A stretch of 63,704 nt of DNA from positions 67,817 through 131,520 of the forward strand of contig JAJNBM010000003.1 in assembly GCA_021156165.1 (NCBI GenBank), given 5' to 3'. The notes under the pieces were generated by a model that was given only the letters and a program-made list of their open reading frames with translations, did not search any database and had not been told where the DNA came from. The position numbers and the translations under genes are program-made. Origin of the DNA: Gammaproteobacteria bacterium. GTDB lineage: Bacteria > Pseudomonadota > Gammaproteobacteria > UBA1113. Positions 30,166 through 39,333 of the stretch are shown here, piece after piece (position 1 is the first letter of the stretch; each line of letters opens with the position of its first letter).

Positions 30166-30292
30166 AAATACTCTTCGCATTTGGTTTAGGCTTTGGTGGC
30201 TGCATCCATCTCGCCAAAGTCATGTATCAGTGCCTACACTCCTTTGGCTCGGGACGTGTCGCCTCGCCTAACAGCCAACTGCTGTGAATATT
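30166..30292. repeat. Family-2 MITE-like element immediately upstream of tRNA-Pro
   Basis: AAATACTCTTCGCATTTGGTTTAGGC...GCCTAACAGCCAACTGCTGTGAATATT. Confidence 0.85.
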
Positions 30293-30370
30293 ACGCTTCA
30301 CACAGGACAATGCCCACACAAAGTGGTAGAATGATACCTATACACCAGTGAAAAAGCAAGGGTAATTTCT

Positions 30371-31225
30371 ATGACAGCGCAAATTATTGACGGCAAAAGT
30401 ATTGCGGCACGCTTGCAATGTGAATTATCAGAAATCATTGCTCTTCAAAGAGAAAAAAAACGGCGCGCGCCGGGCTTAGCCGTAGTCTTAGTAGGCAATG
30501 ACCCTGCATCGCATATTTATGTACAAAAAAAGATCGACGCTTGCGCTGCTGTGGGCATTTTGTCTGAAGCGCATCGTTTAGATGAAAATACCAGTCTAGA
30601 GACCCTCCTTGCCTTAATGGATACCCTAAATAAAGCCGAGCACATCGATGGGATTTTGGTACAAGTTCCCCTGCCAGCACACATCAATGCCAATACCATA
30701 TTAGAGCGCATTCATCCGGCTAAAGATGTAGATGGTTTTCATCCTTATAATTTAGGCCGTTTGGCACAACGCCGCCCTTTATTACGTCCGTGTACCCCTT
30801 ATGGCATTATGACCCTGCTGTCTCACCTCAATTTACCTGTTAGAGGTTTGCATGCGGTCGTGGTGGGAGCATCCAATACCGTGGGGCGCCCTATGGCCTT
30901 TGAACTGCTATTAGCAGGCGCTACCGTCACCATTTGCCATCGCTTCACAAAAAATTTAGCACAACATGTAGCTCTTGCCGATATATTGGTCGTAGCCGTG
31001 GGCATACCCGATATTGTACACGCAGAATGGATTAAACCGGGCGCTATCGTCATGGATGTAGGCATGAATCGCATTGAAGGACGTTTACGCGGCGATATAG
31101 ATTTTAATGCTGCCAACGAGCGCGCCGCCTGGATAACGCCCGTACCCGGCGGCGTAGGCCCAATGACTGTATACAGCTTATTGAAAAATACGGTCGATGC
31201 TTATAACAGCGTGCATTCGTATTAG
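30371..31225 (+). CDS. folD: Bifunctional methylenetetrahydrofolate dehydrogenase/methenyl-THF cyclohydrolase
   Basis: [12 protein letters not shown].., [32 protein letters not shown]. Confidence 0.95.
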   Translation: MTAQIIDGKSIAARLQCELSEIIALQREKKRRAPGLAVVLVGNDPASHIYVQKKIDACAAVGILSEAHRLDENTSLETLLALMDTLNKAEHIDGILVQVPLPAHINANTILERIHPAKDVDGFHPYNLGRLAQRRPLLRPCTPYGIMTLLSHLNLPVRGLHAVVVGASNTVGRPMAFELLLAGATVTICHRFTKNLAQHVALADILVVAVGIPDIVHAEWIKPGAIVMDVGMNRIEGRLRGDIDFNAANERAAWITPVPGGVGPMTVYSLLKNTVDAYNSVHSY

Positions 31226-31248
31226 GGCCTGCAGACATTGGGGTTGTT

Positions 31249-31276
31249 GCCTAAAAATCAACTGCTATGAGTATAT
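31249..31276. repeat. Terminal fragment of a family-2 element
   Basis: GCCTAAAAATCAACTGCTATGAGTATAT (one TIR only). It is preceded at 31224-31245 by AGGGCCTGCAGACATTGGGGTT, which resembles a family-3 terminus. Confidence 0.6.
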
Positions 31277-31822
31277 CTACAGACTGTCATTCACTTCACG
31301 CTGATAGCGTTGAATGCTGCGCATCACTTCTTCCTCTGCCTTTTGTGCATTACCCCAACCCTTTACTTTCACCCATTTGCCCTCTTCCAAATCTTTATAA
31401 TGTTCAAAGAAATGTTGAATAATGGCCAATTGATGCGGCGAAATATCTTCTGGTTCATGGATATGGCTGAACATAGGCAGTAGCTTTTTAGTAGGTACCG
31501 CTAAGATTTTAGCATCTCCGCCGGCCTCATCTTCCATATCCAAGATGCCTATAGGACGCACCGTCAATAATGCCCCTGAAATTAAAGGCACGGGCGTAAT
31601 CACCAAAACATCGGCGGGATCGCCATCGTCGCTCAATGAATGCGGAATATAGCCATAATTACAAGGATAAAACATCGCCGTAGTCATAAAGCGATCCACC
31701 ATCATCGCGCCACTTTCTTTATCAATTTCGTATTTAACTGGCCCGGAGTTCGCTGGAATTTCAATGACCACATTCACTTCTTTAGGTACTCTAGCACCAG
31801 GCGATAATTTATCTATATTCAT
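31277..31822 (-). CDS. ppa: Inorganic pyrophosphatase
   Basis: [32 protein letters not shown] motifs; 181 aa. Confidence 0.93.
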   Translation of the reverse strand: MNIDKLSPGARVPKEVNVVIEIPANSGPVKYEIDKESGAMMVDRFMTTAMFYPCNYGYIPHSLSDDGDPADVLVITPVPLISGALLTVRPIGILDMEDEAGGDAKILAVPTKKLLPMFSHIHEPEDISPHQLAIIQHFFEHYKDLEEGKWVKVKGWGNAQKAEEEVMRSIQRYQREVNDSL

Positions 31823-31907
31823 TCATAGCTCCTATTCTTTTTAGTTAAAGGTGACAAATGCTGCTATCATACCTTATAATCCTTGCCTATTGAAAGTGGA
31901 GTATGTG

Positions 31908-32252
31908 ATGACATCATGCATTTTTTGTAAAATTATAGCGGGCTCTATACCCAGTGCTCCCCTATTCGAGGACGAGCAGTTAATCGTTATAGACGACATT
32001 AACCCCGTCTCTCCTGTACACAAATTGATCATACCTAAGAAACACATCGCCACTTTAAATGATTTAAGCGCTGAGGATACCCTGCTCATGGGGCATTTAC
32101 TGTTAACTGGTTCCAAATTAGCACAAACACTTGGGATTGCCGAAGAGGGCTATCGTCTAGTTGAAAACTGCAATGCGGCAGCGGGTCAAACAGTTTACCA
32201 CATACATATGCATTTACTCGGCGGTAGAACCTTCCGCTGGCCTCCAGGATAA
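31908..32252 (+). CDS. HIT-family (histidine triad) nucleotide hydrolase
   Basis: CIFCKII..., HIHMHLLGG triad. ATG at 31908 has GGAG 7 nt upstream; the track start 31851 is probably over-extended. Confidence 0.85.
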   Translation: MTSCIFCKIIAGSIPSAPLFEDEQLIVIDDINPVSPVHKLIIPKKHIATLNDLSAEDTLLMGHLLLTGSKLAQTLGIAEEGYRLVENCNAAAGQTVYHIHMHLLGGRTFRWPPG

Positions 32253-32258
32253 TACAAC

Positions 32259-32813
32259 ATGCGAACAGTAGATAACTTATATACCGACATACTTACACAA
32301 ATTGGCGAAGATCCCAACCGCGAAGGTTTAATCAAAACTCCGGCCCGTGCTGCACGCGCTTTAAAATTTTTAACAGCAGGTTACGAGCAAAGCGTAGAAG
32401 AAGTCGTTAATGAGGCTTTATTTACCTCCGACATCGACGAAATGGTGGTGTTAAAAAATATTGAAATTTATTCCTTATGCGAACATCATCTCTTGCCTTT
32501 TGTAGGCCAATGCCATATTGCTTATCTACCTAAAGGTAAAGTCTTGGGCATTTCCAAAATTGCCCGTTTAGTAGAAGTTTTCGCCAGACGATTACAAATT
32601 CAAGAAAACCTCACCAAGCAAATTGCAGATACTTTATTGGAGGTTACTGGTGCTCTCGGTGTAGGCGTGTTAATCGAAGCACAGCATTTTTGCATGATGA
32701 TGCGCGGCATACAAAAGCAAAACTCTGTCTTAAGCACTTCCGTCATGTTAGGCGAGTTTCGGAATAATCCGCAAACGCGTCATGAATTTTTGAGTTTGGT
32801 AACGAACAAATAA
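32259..32813 (+). CDS. folE: GTP cyclohydrolase I (type 1)
   Basis: [26 protein letters not shown] motifs; 184 aa. Confidence 0.93.
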   Translation: MRTVDNLYTDILTQIGEDPNREGLIKTPARAARALKFLTAGYEQSVEEVVNEALFTSDIDEMVVLKNIEIYSLCEHHLLPFVGQCHIAYLPKGKVLGISKIARLVEVFARRLQIQENLTKQIADTLLEVTGALGVGVLIEAQHFCMMMRGIQKQNSVLSTSVMLGEFRNNPQTRHEFLSLVTNK

Positions 32814-33004
32814 TAACGGGACGTTTGTTATTATTCTAATAATATATTAGTTTCCAAGCTTGGTTCCTATGATATTATTAAAAAAACATTTAAAAGTGAT
32901 TTATTTTTGTTCGCAACTTCTTCAAGTATAAAATTGAGTGCTTACCGCATTCATTCTACATATTGCACCCTACTGTTTTAAAAATACGTCCCCTAAAATA
33001 TAGG

Positions 33005-33033
33005 TTGATATAATGTATCTTTTAGGCTAGACT
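33005..33033 (+). promoter_or_regulatory. Candidate promoter of the heme-oxygenase-like gene
   Basis: TTGATA, 17-nt spacer, TAGACT; 34 nt before the ATG at 33067, which has AGGAGA upstream. Confidence 0.35.
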
Positions 33034-33066
33034 CACTATCACAGAATGCCTAGACAGGAGAAAAGA

Positions 33067-33822
33067 ATGAAATCATTAATATTGCTAGTCAATACTATTA
33101 AATCACACCAATCGGTTAATAATCAATTCTATGACATCTGGATGAATGAAGAATTATCTGCGCAAGGAATAAGTATATTTGCTAGAAATTATTGGGAGTG
33201 GGCTTACCAATTTCCAATCATATTGGCGGGGCTTATTGCTCGCACGGAAAATATTGCTGCCCGCACAGAATATACAAAGACACTTTTTTCAGAGATGGGC
33301 GATGGCGATGTTAACCGTGTACATTCTACTTTATTTGAAGTGTTTCATGACTGTTTAACAACACAAATGGGGAATCCACAACAAACCTTGGCGAAAATAA
33401 AGCACATAACGCCACTGCTTAATGGAACACAAAAATTAATTAGTTGGCAAAAAGAAGTTTATTCTACAAATCCCGCCGTAGCCGTGGGTGCACAACTTGC
33501 TTTAGAATGGCAAGCCTACACAATGCTTAGTAAGTTATATGAAGGGGCGCGAAATTATATGCACTTATGGAAAAATATGGATGATTTTCATGGGGCATGC
33601 GAATTTTTTTATGCGCACATCGGTGCAGCTGAGAAGGAGCATAAAAAAGAATCTATCAATGCAGCAGAAAGACTTATTCATGAAGGCGCTCCTTTTGCTG
33701 ATATAGAGTTAGGTTTTAATAAAAATTTAGAATTAATCGCTAATTTCTGGGCTGATATTGCCAATGAAGTACGGCCAACAGCCGTTAAGAAAGGCTCTAC
33801 CAGTGAATTAGCTTACTTGTAA
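33067..33822 (+). CDS. Heme-oxygenase-like di-iron (CADD/PqqC/TenA-type, iron-containing redox enzyme) family protein
   Basis: Helical protein with NQFYDIWMNEELS..ARNYWEWAYQFP, TLFSEMGDGDVNRVHSTLFEVF, LALEWQAY and FFYAHIGAAEKEHKKE. This parallels the CADD pattern (FYVKW..; DEENGYPNHIDLW; YSYESQ; EHEEADVRH). The preferred start MKSLILL has a good SD. Confidence 0.65.
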   Translation: MKSLILLVNTIKSHQSVNNQFYDIWMNEELSAQGISIFARNYWEWAYQFPIILAGLIARTENIAARTEYTKTLFSEMGDGDVNRVHSTLFEVFHDCLTTQMGNPQQTLAKIKHITPLLNGTQKLISWQKEVYSTNPAVAVGAQLALEWQAYTMLSKLYEGARNYMHLWKNMDDFHGACEFFYAHIGAAEKEHKKESINAAERLIHEGAPFADIELGFNKNLELIANFWADIANEVRPTAVKKGSTSELAYL

Positions 33823-35210
33823 CTCGTGTTTATTCTCATAAAGGGTATAAGGGCAAAAAGTAACATCGCCACACCTAGGATAGCACTTGCTATCACTAGA
33901 AAGAAAATTTCGAAGTGACTTTCGTTTTGATAAGATATTTGCGCTGTTATTTTGGCAATTAGCCCCGATAAATAGCCCGAAAAAGATAAGAGAAAATAGA
34001 AAATACCCATGAAGAAGTTCCTTTGTCTTACTGGTGCATATTCACTAATTAATGAAATAGAAACTGGAATGATAGATAATTCACCTATAGATAGAAAAAA
34101 ATTTGCGAATAGTATACTCAATATAGCCGCGTGACTCTCGAGAAGATTAATTTTAACACTGACAGCAAACAACATAAAAGCTATAGCCGTCGCAGATAGT
34201 CCAACAGCAATTTTAACATGGGATATTTCTGCGCCATATTTACCCCCCAGCCCCAGCCATTGCCAGACATAAGTAATAGGCGCTGCAACAATAAAAACAG
34301 AAATAGCCTCTATTGAGCTAAACCAAGTCACGGGCAATTTAAATCCAAAAAAAGTCGTATTCACATTTTCATTAATAAAGATGGTCACAGATGAAAAAAC
34401 TTGTAATAAGGCTATGAAAAATAAAATGCTGGCTATCAGTGGAATCCATAGATTTCCTACATTCCTTCTTTCTACAGCCGAATAACCAGCAAATAACTTA
34501 TATAAGTAACCTATAAGAAATAGCGCCGCGGGAGCAAAAATATAAAAAATAGAGACTATTTTAGCTACAACCAAATAGATAATAATCATATAAGGCAGTA
34601 TTAAAGCGGCAGCCGCTCCAACTCTTTTTTCTCCCCTACGCTTAACGATTCTATGTTGCGTGCTATGCAGCATAACCATATTGAGGATTAAAATAAGCGC
34701 GCTCATCCCAAAACCTATCCAATATTTTTGTAAGGAGATACCAATGCCATAAAAAATAGGCCCTAAAATACTACCTATATTCCCTAGAGTATAAAAATAA
34801 ACAAAAAGTTTATTGTTTTTAGACATTTTATTGTGCAAAATACCTACGAGTGTAGAGGTAGCTGGTTTCATTAAACCAATAGCTACAATAATAAGGGTCA
34901 TACCAGCAAAAAATAGATTCATTTTTACAGCATAAATAATAATCAGGTTGCCCATAAACATACAAGTCGTTCCTAAAAAAACAGACTGGTATGGTGCAAG
35001 AAACTTATCGGCAATCATACCCCCTAAAATACAGCTTGCAAAAGTCAATGCCACATATTGGCCATAAACTGTATAACTAAAAGCCGTGCTAACATTAAAA
35101 TGTGCAATCAAATATAGAACTAATAAGGACTGTAATCCATAGTAGTTTAATCTATCACAAAACTCTGAGAAAGAAATTTTTAGAAAGTGAGCCTTTAATG
35201 TTGGCGCCAT
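33813..35210 (-). CDS. POT/PTR2-family (proton-dependent oligopeptide) MFS transporter
   Basis: N-terminal FSEFCDRLNYYGLQSLLVLYL matches the POT ExxERFxYYG signature region; about 12-14 TM segments. ATG at 35210 has AAGGA upstream and lies 4 nt after the stop of the preceding gene. Confidence 0.7.
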   Translation of the reverse strand: MAPTLKAHFLKISFSEFCDRLNYYGLQSLLVLYLIAHFNVSTAFSYTVYGQYVALTFASCILGGMIADKFLAPYQSVFLGTTCMFMGNLIIIYAVKMNLFFAGMTLIIVAIGLMKPATSTLVGILHNKMSKNNKLFVYFYTLGNIGSILGPIFYGIGISLQKYWIGFGMSALILILNMVMLHSTQHRIVKRRGEKRVGAAAALILPYMIIIYLVVAKIVSIFYIFAPAALFLIGYLYKLFAGYSAVERRNVGNLWIPLIASILFFIALLQVFSSVTIFINENVNTTFFGFKLPVTWFSSIEAISVFIVAAPITYVWQWLGLGGKYGAEISHVKIAVGLSATAIAFMLFAVSVKINLLESHAAILSILFANFFLSIGELSIIPVSISLISEYAPVRQRNFFMGIFYFLLSFSGYLSGLIAKITAQISYQNESHFEIFFLVIASAILGVAMLLFALIPFMRINTSYK

Positions 35211-35214
35211 ACTT

Positions 35215-36531
35215 TTAATCCTTACTCTTTTTAGCAATGGCTATGCAACCATTAATAAAAGATGAAAATTCAGGGAAAACACGATCTTCAAAGGAAGCTA
35301 GTATTTTCTGTAAAACAGGATCGTACTCAGCCAAGTGGGTAATCGATAAAATTTCATTATGGGGGTCTTTTTCACTATGGTAAAACTGATAACTCAAGTC
35401 TTTTGCCAATGCAAATAAGGGCGTCTTTTCAACCATTAATGTACCATGAACTATTTCGGAGATAACCGTGTCTAAAATATGCTTTAATTCACGGATATCC
35501 ACCATTTTACTCAAAGCGCGACTGGAACGCGGTGAAAAAACTGTAGTGGTTGGCATGGTTAAAGAATAATAAACGGGGCGATCTTCAGCGCTAGAGAAAT
35601 GGTGTAAATGCATAATGATGGGCGCATATTTTCTTAATTTGTAATCATCCAAGTAAACCTTCTGTAGCCCATCTATAGGCGCTGCAATATTATCTATTGC
35701 TGGTGTAAATCCGGGCATTCCACCCGCCCCTATTCCAAAAAGATGTTTTACTGTATCAGCCAAATAAGGATTCGGTTTCAGATTTCCACTTTTTTGTGCC
35801 AAGGAAAATGCAAAATCAAAAATAAATTGGTTCCGCTTAAAGGTAGAATCTGCCCACGCTTGGTTTAAGATAAGTTCATTGAATCTAGACCAATCGCGAT
35901 CGCCCTTATGTTGAAACCATTCCTTTGAGAAAAAAGCCAATTCAGAATGCCACTTTTGTGTAAAATCTTTATGATTAGCAATTCGTGTAAAAATAGCCCA
36001 ATGGTCATTCAAGGAGGTGGGAGCTGGCAGCCGTAGGTTGTACTTTCGCCTTAATAGTTCATGTCCAGTGTTTTCTGTAATTTTAGGTAACATGCAAATA
36101 GTCCTTGCACCGGAAGATATGCTCCATAATGCCCCCTCTTGATAAGAACAATCTCCTTCTAATACTCGCCACAGTGATACCATACCCCCAGAGGTATAAA
36201 AAGATGAAGGGATAGTACGATTATCGGTGGTAAAAAATGTTTCTATGGAATTTTGTAATACTATAGCCATCGGAATTGTACCAGTATATCCTAAATCTGT
36301 TTTTACTTTTGAATCGATTGTAATATCATTTAGCGGCACTAGAACATTTTTGCTATTAAATACTTGGAATATTCCGGCATTCAGGATAAGTACACCATAA
36401 GGATATTGGCCCAAGTATAAAGTGTGATCTCTAGGGGGCGACAGCTCGTCAATAATTTCACAGAAGTAAGGTTGCACTAATTTGATTTTATCGCGCAACT
36501 CTGCCCAAGAATATTCTTTCAACCCACCCAT
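35215..36531 (-). CDS. Hypothetical protein, 438 aa, no motif recognised
   Basis: Long ORF with GGGAGA SD 7 nt upstream, coupled to the flanking genes. Soluble-looking; notable strings are GIGAGGMPGFTPAIDN and IIMHLHHFSSAEDRPVYYS. Confidence 0.6.
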   Translation of the reverse strand: MGGLKEYSWAELRDKIKLVQPYFCEIIDELSPPRDHTLYLGQYPYGVLILNAGIFQVFNSKNVLVPLNDITIDSKVKTDLGYTGTIPMAIVLQNSIETFFTTDNRTIPSSFYTSGGMVSLWRVLEGDCSYQEGALWSISSGARTICMLPKITENTGHELLRRKYNLRLPAPTSLNDHWAIFTRIANHKDFTQKWHSELAFFSKEWFQHKGDRDWSRFNELILNQAWADSTFKRNQFIFDFAFSLAQKSGNLKPNPYLADTVKHLFGIGAGGMPGFTPAIDNIAAPIDGLQKVYLDDYKLRKYAPIIMHLHHFSSAEDRPVYYSLTMPTTTVFSPRSSRALSKMVDIRELKHILDTVISEIVHGTLMVEKTPLFALAKDLSYQFYHSEKDPHNEILSITHLAEYDPVLQKILASFEDRVFPEFSSFINGCIAIAKKSKD

Positions 36532-36559
36532 ATCACATCTCCCGTTTATGTTGACTACT

Positions 36560-37774
36560 CTAGTAATAACGCCTCTTAAAATATATTACTGGTATTATTT
36601 TATAAAAGCTATAAAATGGGCTAAATAAAATATCATCAGCCCCTAGAACTAGACAATTCACAAAATTTTTGGCCAAAAAAGAACCGATCATAGCATATTC
36701 TGCTGCTTGACTCTTCGCAATAGGAACGTAATGTTCTGCCGATATATCTTTTTCATTATACCAACGACTGTATAAAGCTTTTCTACGCTTAGCTATGTCC
36801 AGAAAAACACCATTGCTTATTTTCGGTTTTCCAAAATAGTCCTTATCAAATTCTGCATGAATATCTTTGGTCTGTTGTAGCCATAATTTTTCACCACCAC
36901 AGAGATCTGCGCACATAAATGTCTCAATTGGTATGACTTGGTTGCTTTCTTCCTGAAAAGCCAGGCGGCTGAGATTAACTCTATATAAGAATTGTTCTTT
37001 AGACAAACCCACTCGTTTCACAGTCTTTTCTGAAAAGGCTTCATAATCTGCAATAGTTGTAATAATAGTTGTTTTTACTTGTATTCTTTCTAAAAACACC
37101 TTAAGGCTGGGTAGTATATTGATAATACGCTTAGCGATTTGTCCAATCTCACAACCCAGACTTGTAAAAGTATGTTTATAGGGGCGTTTCACGTCGAAAG
37201 TTGGCTCCACCGCATAATCAGGGCAAGTATGGATAAATATAGTTGATGGCATATTTGCACGGGCATTATTAATCCAATTAACAATTTGATGCATGCCTTC
37301 TTCGCTAGGCATAATAACGTCTGCATCATGCAAAAAATTTTCTAGAGCATTCCTTACATCACTCTGCAAAGTGCGCGTACAGCCATATTGTAGCCGGGAT
37401 TGGTTAGTACAGATCTGCACCCTATCCAGTAGCAATGACATGAGTGACGGCTGTAAATTATCAATCAGTGGCAATTTGAAATTTACTTTTATTTTATTGT
37501 CATTATAACTCTTTATTTTCCAGCTAATTTGTGGCATTTTATCTGCCAAAATTGTGTAAAAAATAAAGTGCCTAGGTAATGGCTGTTTAGCATGAACTAT
37601 TTCTCGCTTTGCCTCATACAATCTGCGTAAATTTTTTATCTTCTTCAGCGTAATATTATAAATAGACAATAACTTTTCATCGTATCGATCGTTTATTATG
37701 CCATCTAATAGCTTCCGGGAAACCGCACTAGGAATAAGAGCACCATTCTGTAAGACACCGTAAAAATTTTTCAT
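36560..37774 (-). CDS. Hypothetical protein, 404 aa, no motif recognised
   Basis: Long ORF with AAGGAG SD 6 nt upstream. Notable strings are IFIHTCPDYAVEP, TTIADYEAF and CLVLGADDILF. Confidence 0.6.
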   Translation of the reverse strand: MKNFYGVLQNGALIPSAVSRKLLDGIINDRYDEKLLSIYNITLKKIKNLRRLYEAKREIVHAKQPLPRHFIFYTILADKMPQISWKIKSYNDNKIKVNFKLPLIDNLQPSLMSLLLDRVQICTNQSRLQYGCTRTLQSDVRNALENFLHDADVIMPSEEGMHQIVNWINNARANMPSTIFIHTCPDYAVEPTFDVKRPYKHTFTSLGCEIGQIAKRIINILPSLKVFLERIQVKTTIITTIADYEAFSEKTVKRVGLSKEQFLYRVNLSRLAFQEESNQVIPIETFMCADLCGGEKLWLQQTKDIHAEFDKDYFGKPKISNGVFLDIAKRRKALYSRWYNEKDISAEHYVPIAKSQAAEYAMIGSFLAKNFVNCLVLGADDILFSPFYSFYKIIPVIYFKRRYY

Positions 37775-37931
37775 ACTACTCCTTCTGTCTCAATATACCT
37801 ATCATAAAGTAAAATTGTCTTATTGTCCAAATTAAAAGATAAAAATATTTACACCCTATTTGTCCCCCGTCCCAATTGACAGGGGTAGGGTTGCCGGGCA
37901 GGGCAAAAACTGTGGGGTTTCAATCTAATGG

Positions 37932-38147
37932 TTAGACATCATCATTTGCATCTTTATCCATTTCACTACTAGAATTTAACTTCTTTTCGTTCTGAATACG
38001 CAGATAAATTTCAGAGCGGTGTACACTTACATCTTTTGGCGCTTCAATGCCTAGACGAACTTGACCACCTTTAATATCTAATACGGTAATGTGGATATCA
38101 TCACCAATGATCAGAGTTTCTCCAAAATAGCGGGTTAAAACTAGCAT
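37932..38147 (-). CDS. CsrA-family RNA-binding regulator paralogue with acidic C-terminal tail
   Basis: [55 protein letters not shown] aligns along its length with canonical CsrA. R7 is replaced by Tyr, and there is an extra tail [24 protein letters not shown] is present. Confidence 0.85.
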   Translation of the reverse strand: MLVLTRYFGETLIIGDDIHITVLDIKGGQVRLGIEAPKDVSVHRSEIYLRIQNEKKLNSSSEMDKDANDDV

Positions 38148-38210
38148 CTTCTTATCTCCTATATTTTATTTCAATTTAAATAATACGCGTATAAATTTCC
38201 ACATGCTTTT

Positions 38211-38441
38211 CTACTCTATCAGGTCCTTGTTCTTTATGTATAAAAACAAATAGACAAGTTCATCACCCCCTACGCATTGTCGAATTGTTTCCCAGTTTAC
38301 TTTTTTAGGATGGCTGATCATTAATACCAAAGATTCCAAGATCTCAACTTGTTTTTGACTAGCATCTATACCCATGCGTTCTAGAATTGAAACCGCGGTA
38401 TAGTTTGTTAAAGAAAGTTCTTCTATTAGATCTATGTGCAT
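38211..38441 (-). CDS. Small acidic hypothetical protein (76 aa) directly upstream of the csrA-like gene
   Basis: ORF only; net acidic and helical-looking. Its position matches the small lvrB-type ORF that precedes csrA-like lvrC/csrT genes in Legionella mobile elements. That parallel is from recollection, not from sequence identity. Confidence 0.4.
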   Translation of the reverse strand: MHIDLIEELSLTNYTAVSILERMGIDASQKQVEILESLVLMISHPKKVNWETIRQCVGGDELVYLFLYIKNKDLIE

Positions 38442-38916
38442 CTCTTAAATCTCCTTGTTAGTTAATTGCACTGAGGACTACCCAGCATTCCTTACCTTCG
38501 CTACCACTGATCTTTGAATTCTTATTTTTTTGTACGCAAATGTTCATTTCCATGTATCTAACTGAAAAAACATTGCGTAAAGTAACTCATATAGGATGGC
38601 CTGGTTTTCAAAAAATTGCTATTACTAAATTGATCTTAGAATTTCGATAGGTTAATTCTGGCAGCACAGTGATGTAAGTTGTTCAAACAAAACACTATTT
38701 TGAGGAAATATTGCTGAATCTTTATGGCCATATAATACTTATAATAATATTCAGTTTTAATTTAGCAGCATCCGTGACCGATGGACTTTTCGCTTATCCT
38801 TTAAGCTAATCAATCTTTTCTAAAAGATACAAGTCCTTCTGTAGCCTGTTCACCCTGAATACGCATCCTTATGCTCTATTTCTTCCATGGATGAGTTTGG
38901 TCACGAGCTAAAGAGT

Positions 38917-39333
38917 CTATGATGCCCCGGCTCCTCGTTGCGCGCGCAGGGATCTTGGAACCCATCGGTCCACTATGCCTATAGGCGGAAGTATATTAAT
39001 AGCCTTTAATAAAATAGAACCGTTCTCTCCAACGCTGAGTGAAAATGTGGCTGTTCCATTTTTAGATGCGGCTTCAATATTTCCTTGTTGAGTAGAGAAT
39101 ACGGTGCCTGGGTCGGCACTAATATCTTCCAGAACAGTAAGTTCTATATTACTAAGAACTGTACCTGCATCTCTAAATCTATTCATTGCCTCACATAAAG
39201 CCACTGCGTGTTCAGCAGGATTTTTCCTAATTTCTAATATCTTATTATCCGCTACTTGATTATTTGCGAGTTGGCTATCTGACTTCATAAATTCAACCGA
39301 TCGCTTTTGCGGCTGATCTGGGGGAAAAAACAT
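38917..39333 (-). CDS. Hypothetical protein, 138 aa
   Basis: ORF only; no recognisable motif. The AT-rich body has a GC-rich 3' end (RSLRAQRGAGAS). Confidence 0.35.
   Translation of the reverse strand: MFFPPDQPQKRSVEFMKSDSQLANNQVADNKILEIRKNPAEHAVALCEAMNRFRDAGTVLSNIELTVLEDISADPGTVFSTQQGNIEAASKNGTATFSLSVGENGSILLKAINILPPIGIVDRWVPRSLRAQRGAGAS

Noticed and set aside
29204-30292. tRNA cluster as an integration site of a genomic island or prophage
   Set aside because: There is no integrase, no phage or conjugation genes, and no duplicated tRNA 3' end. The repeated sequences are MITE copies, not att sites.
38442-38916. RsmY/RsmZ-like CsrA-titrating sRNA in the 475-bp gap upstream of the csrA-like module
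   Set aside because: I counted about eight GGA motifs on the minus strand. That is close to the chance expectation for this length and composition. I saw no series of GGA-loop hairpins or terminator.
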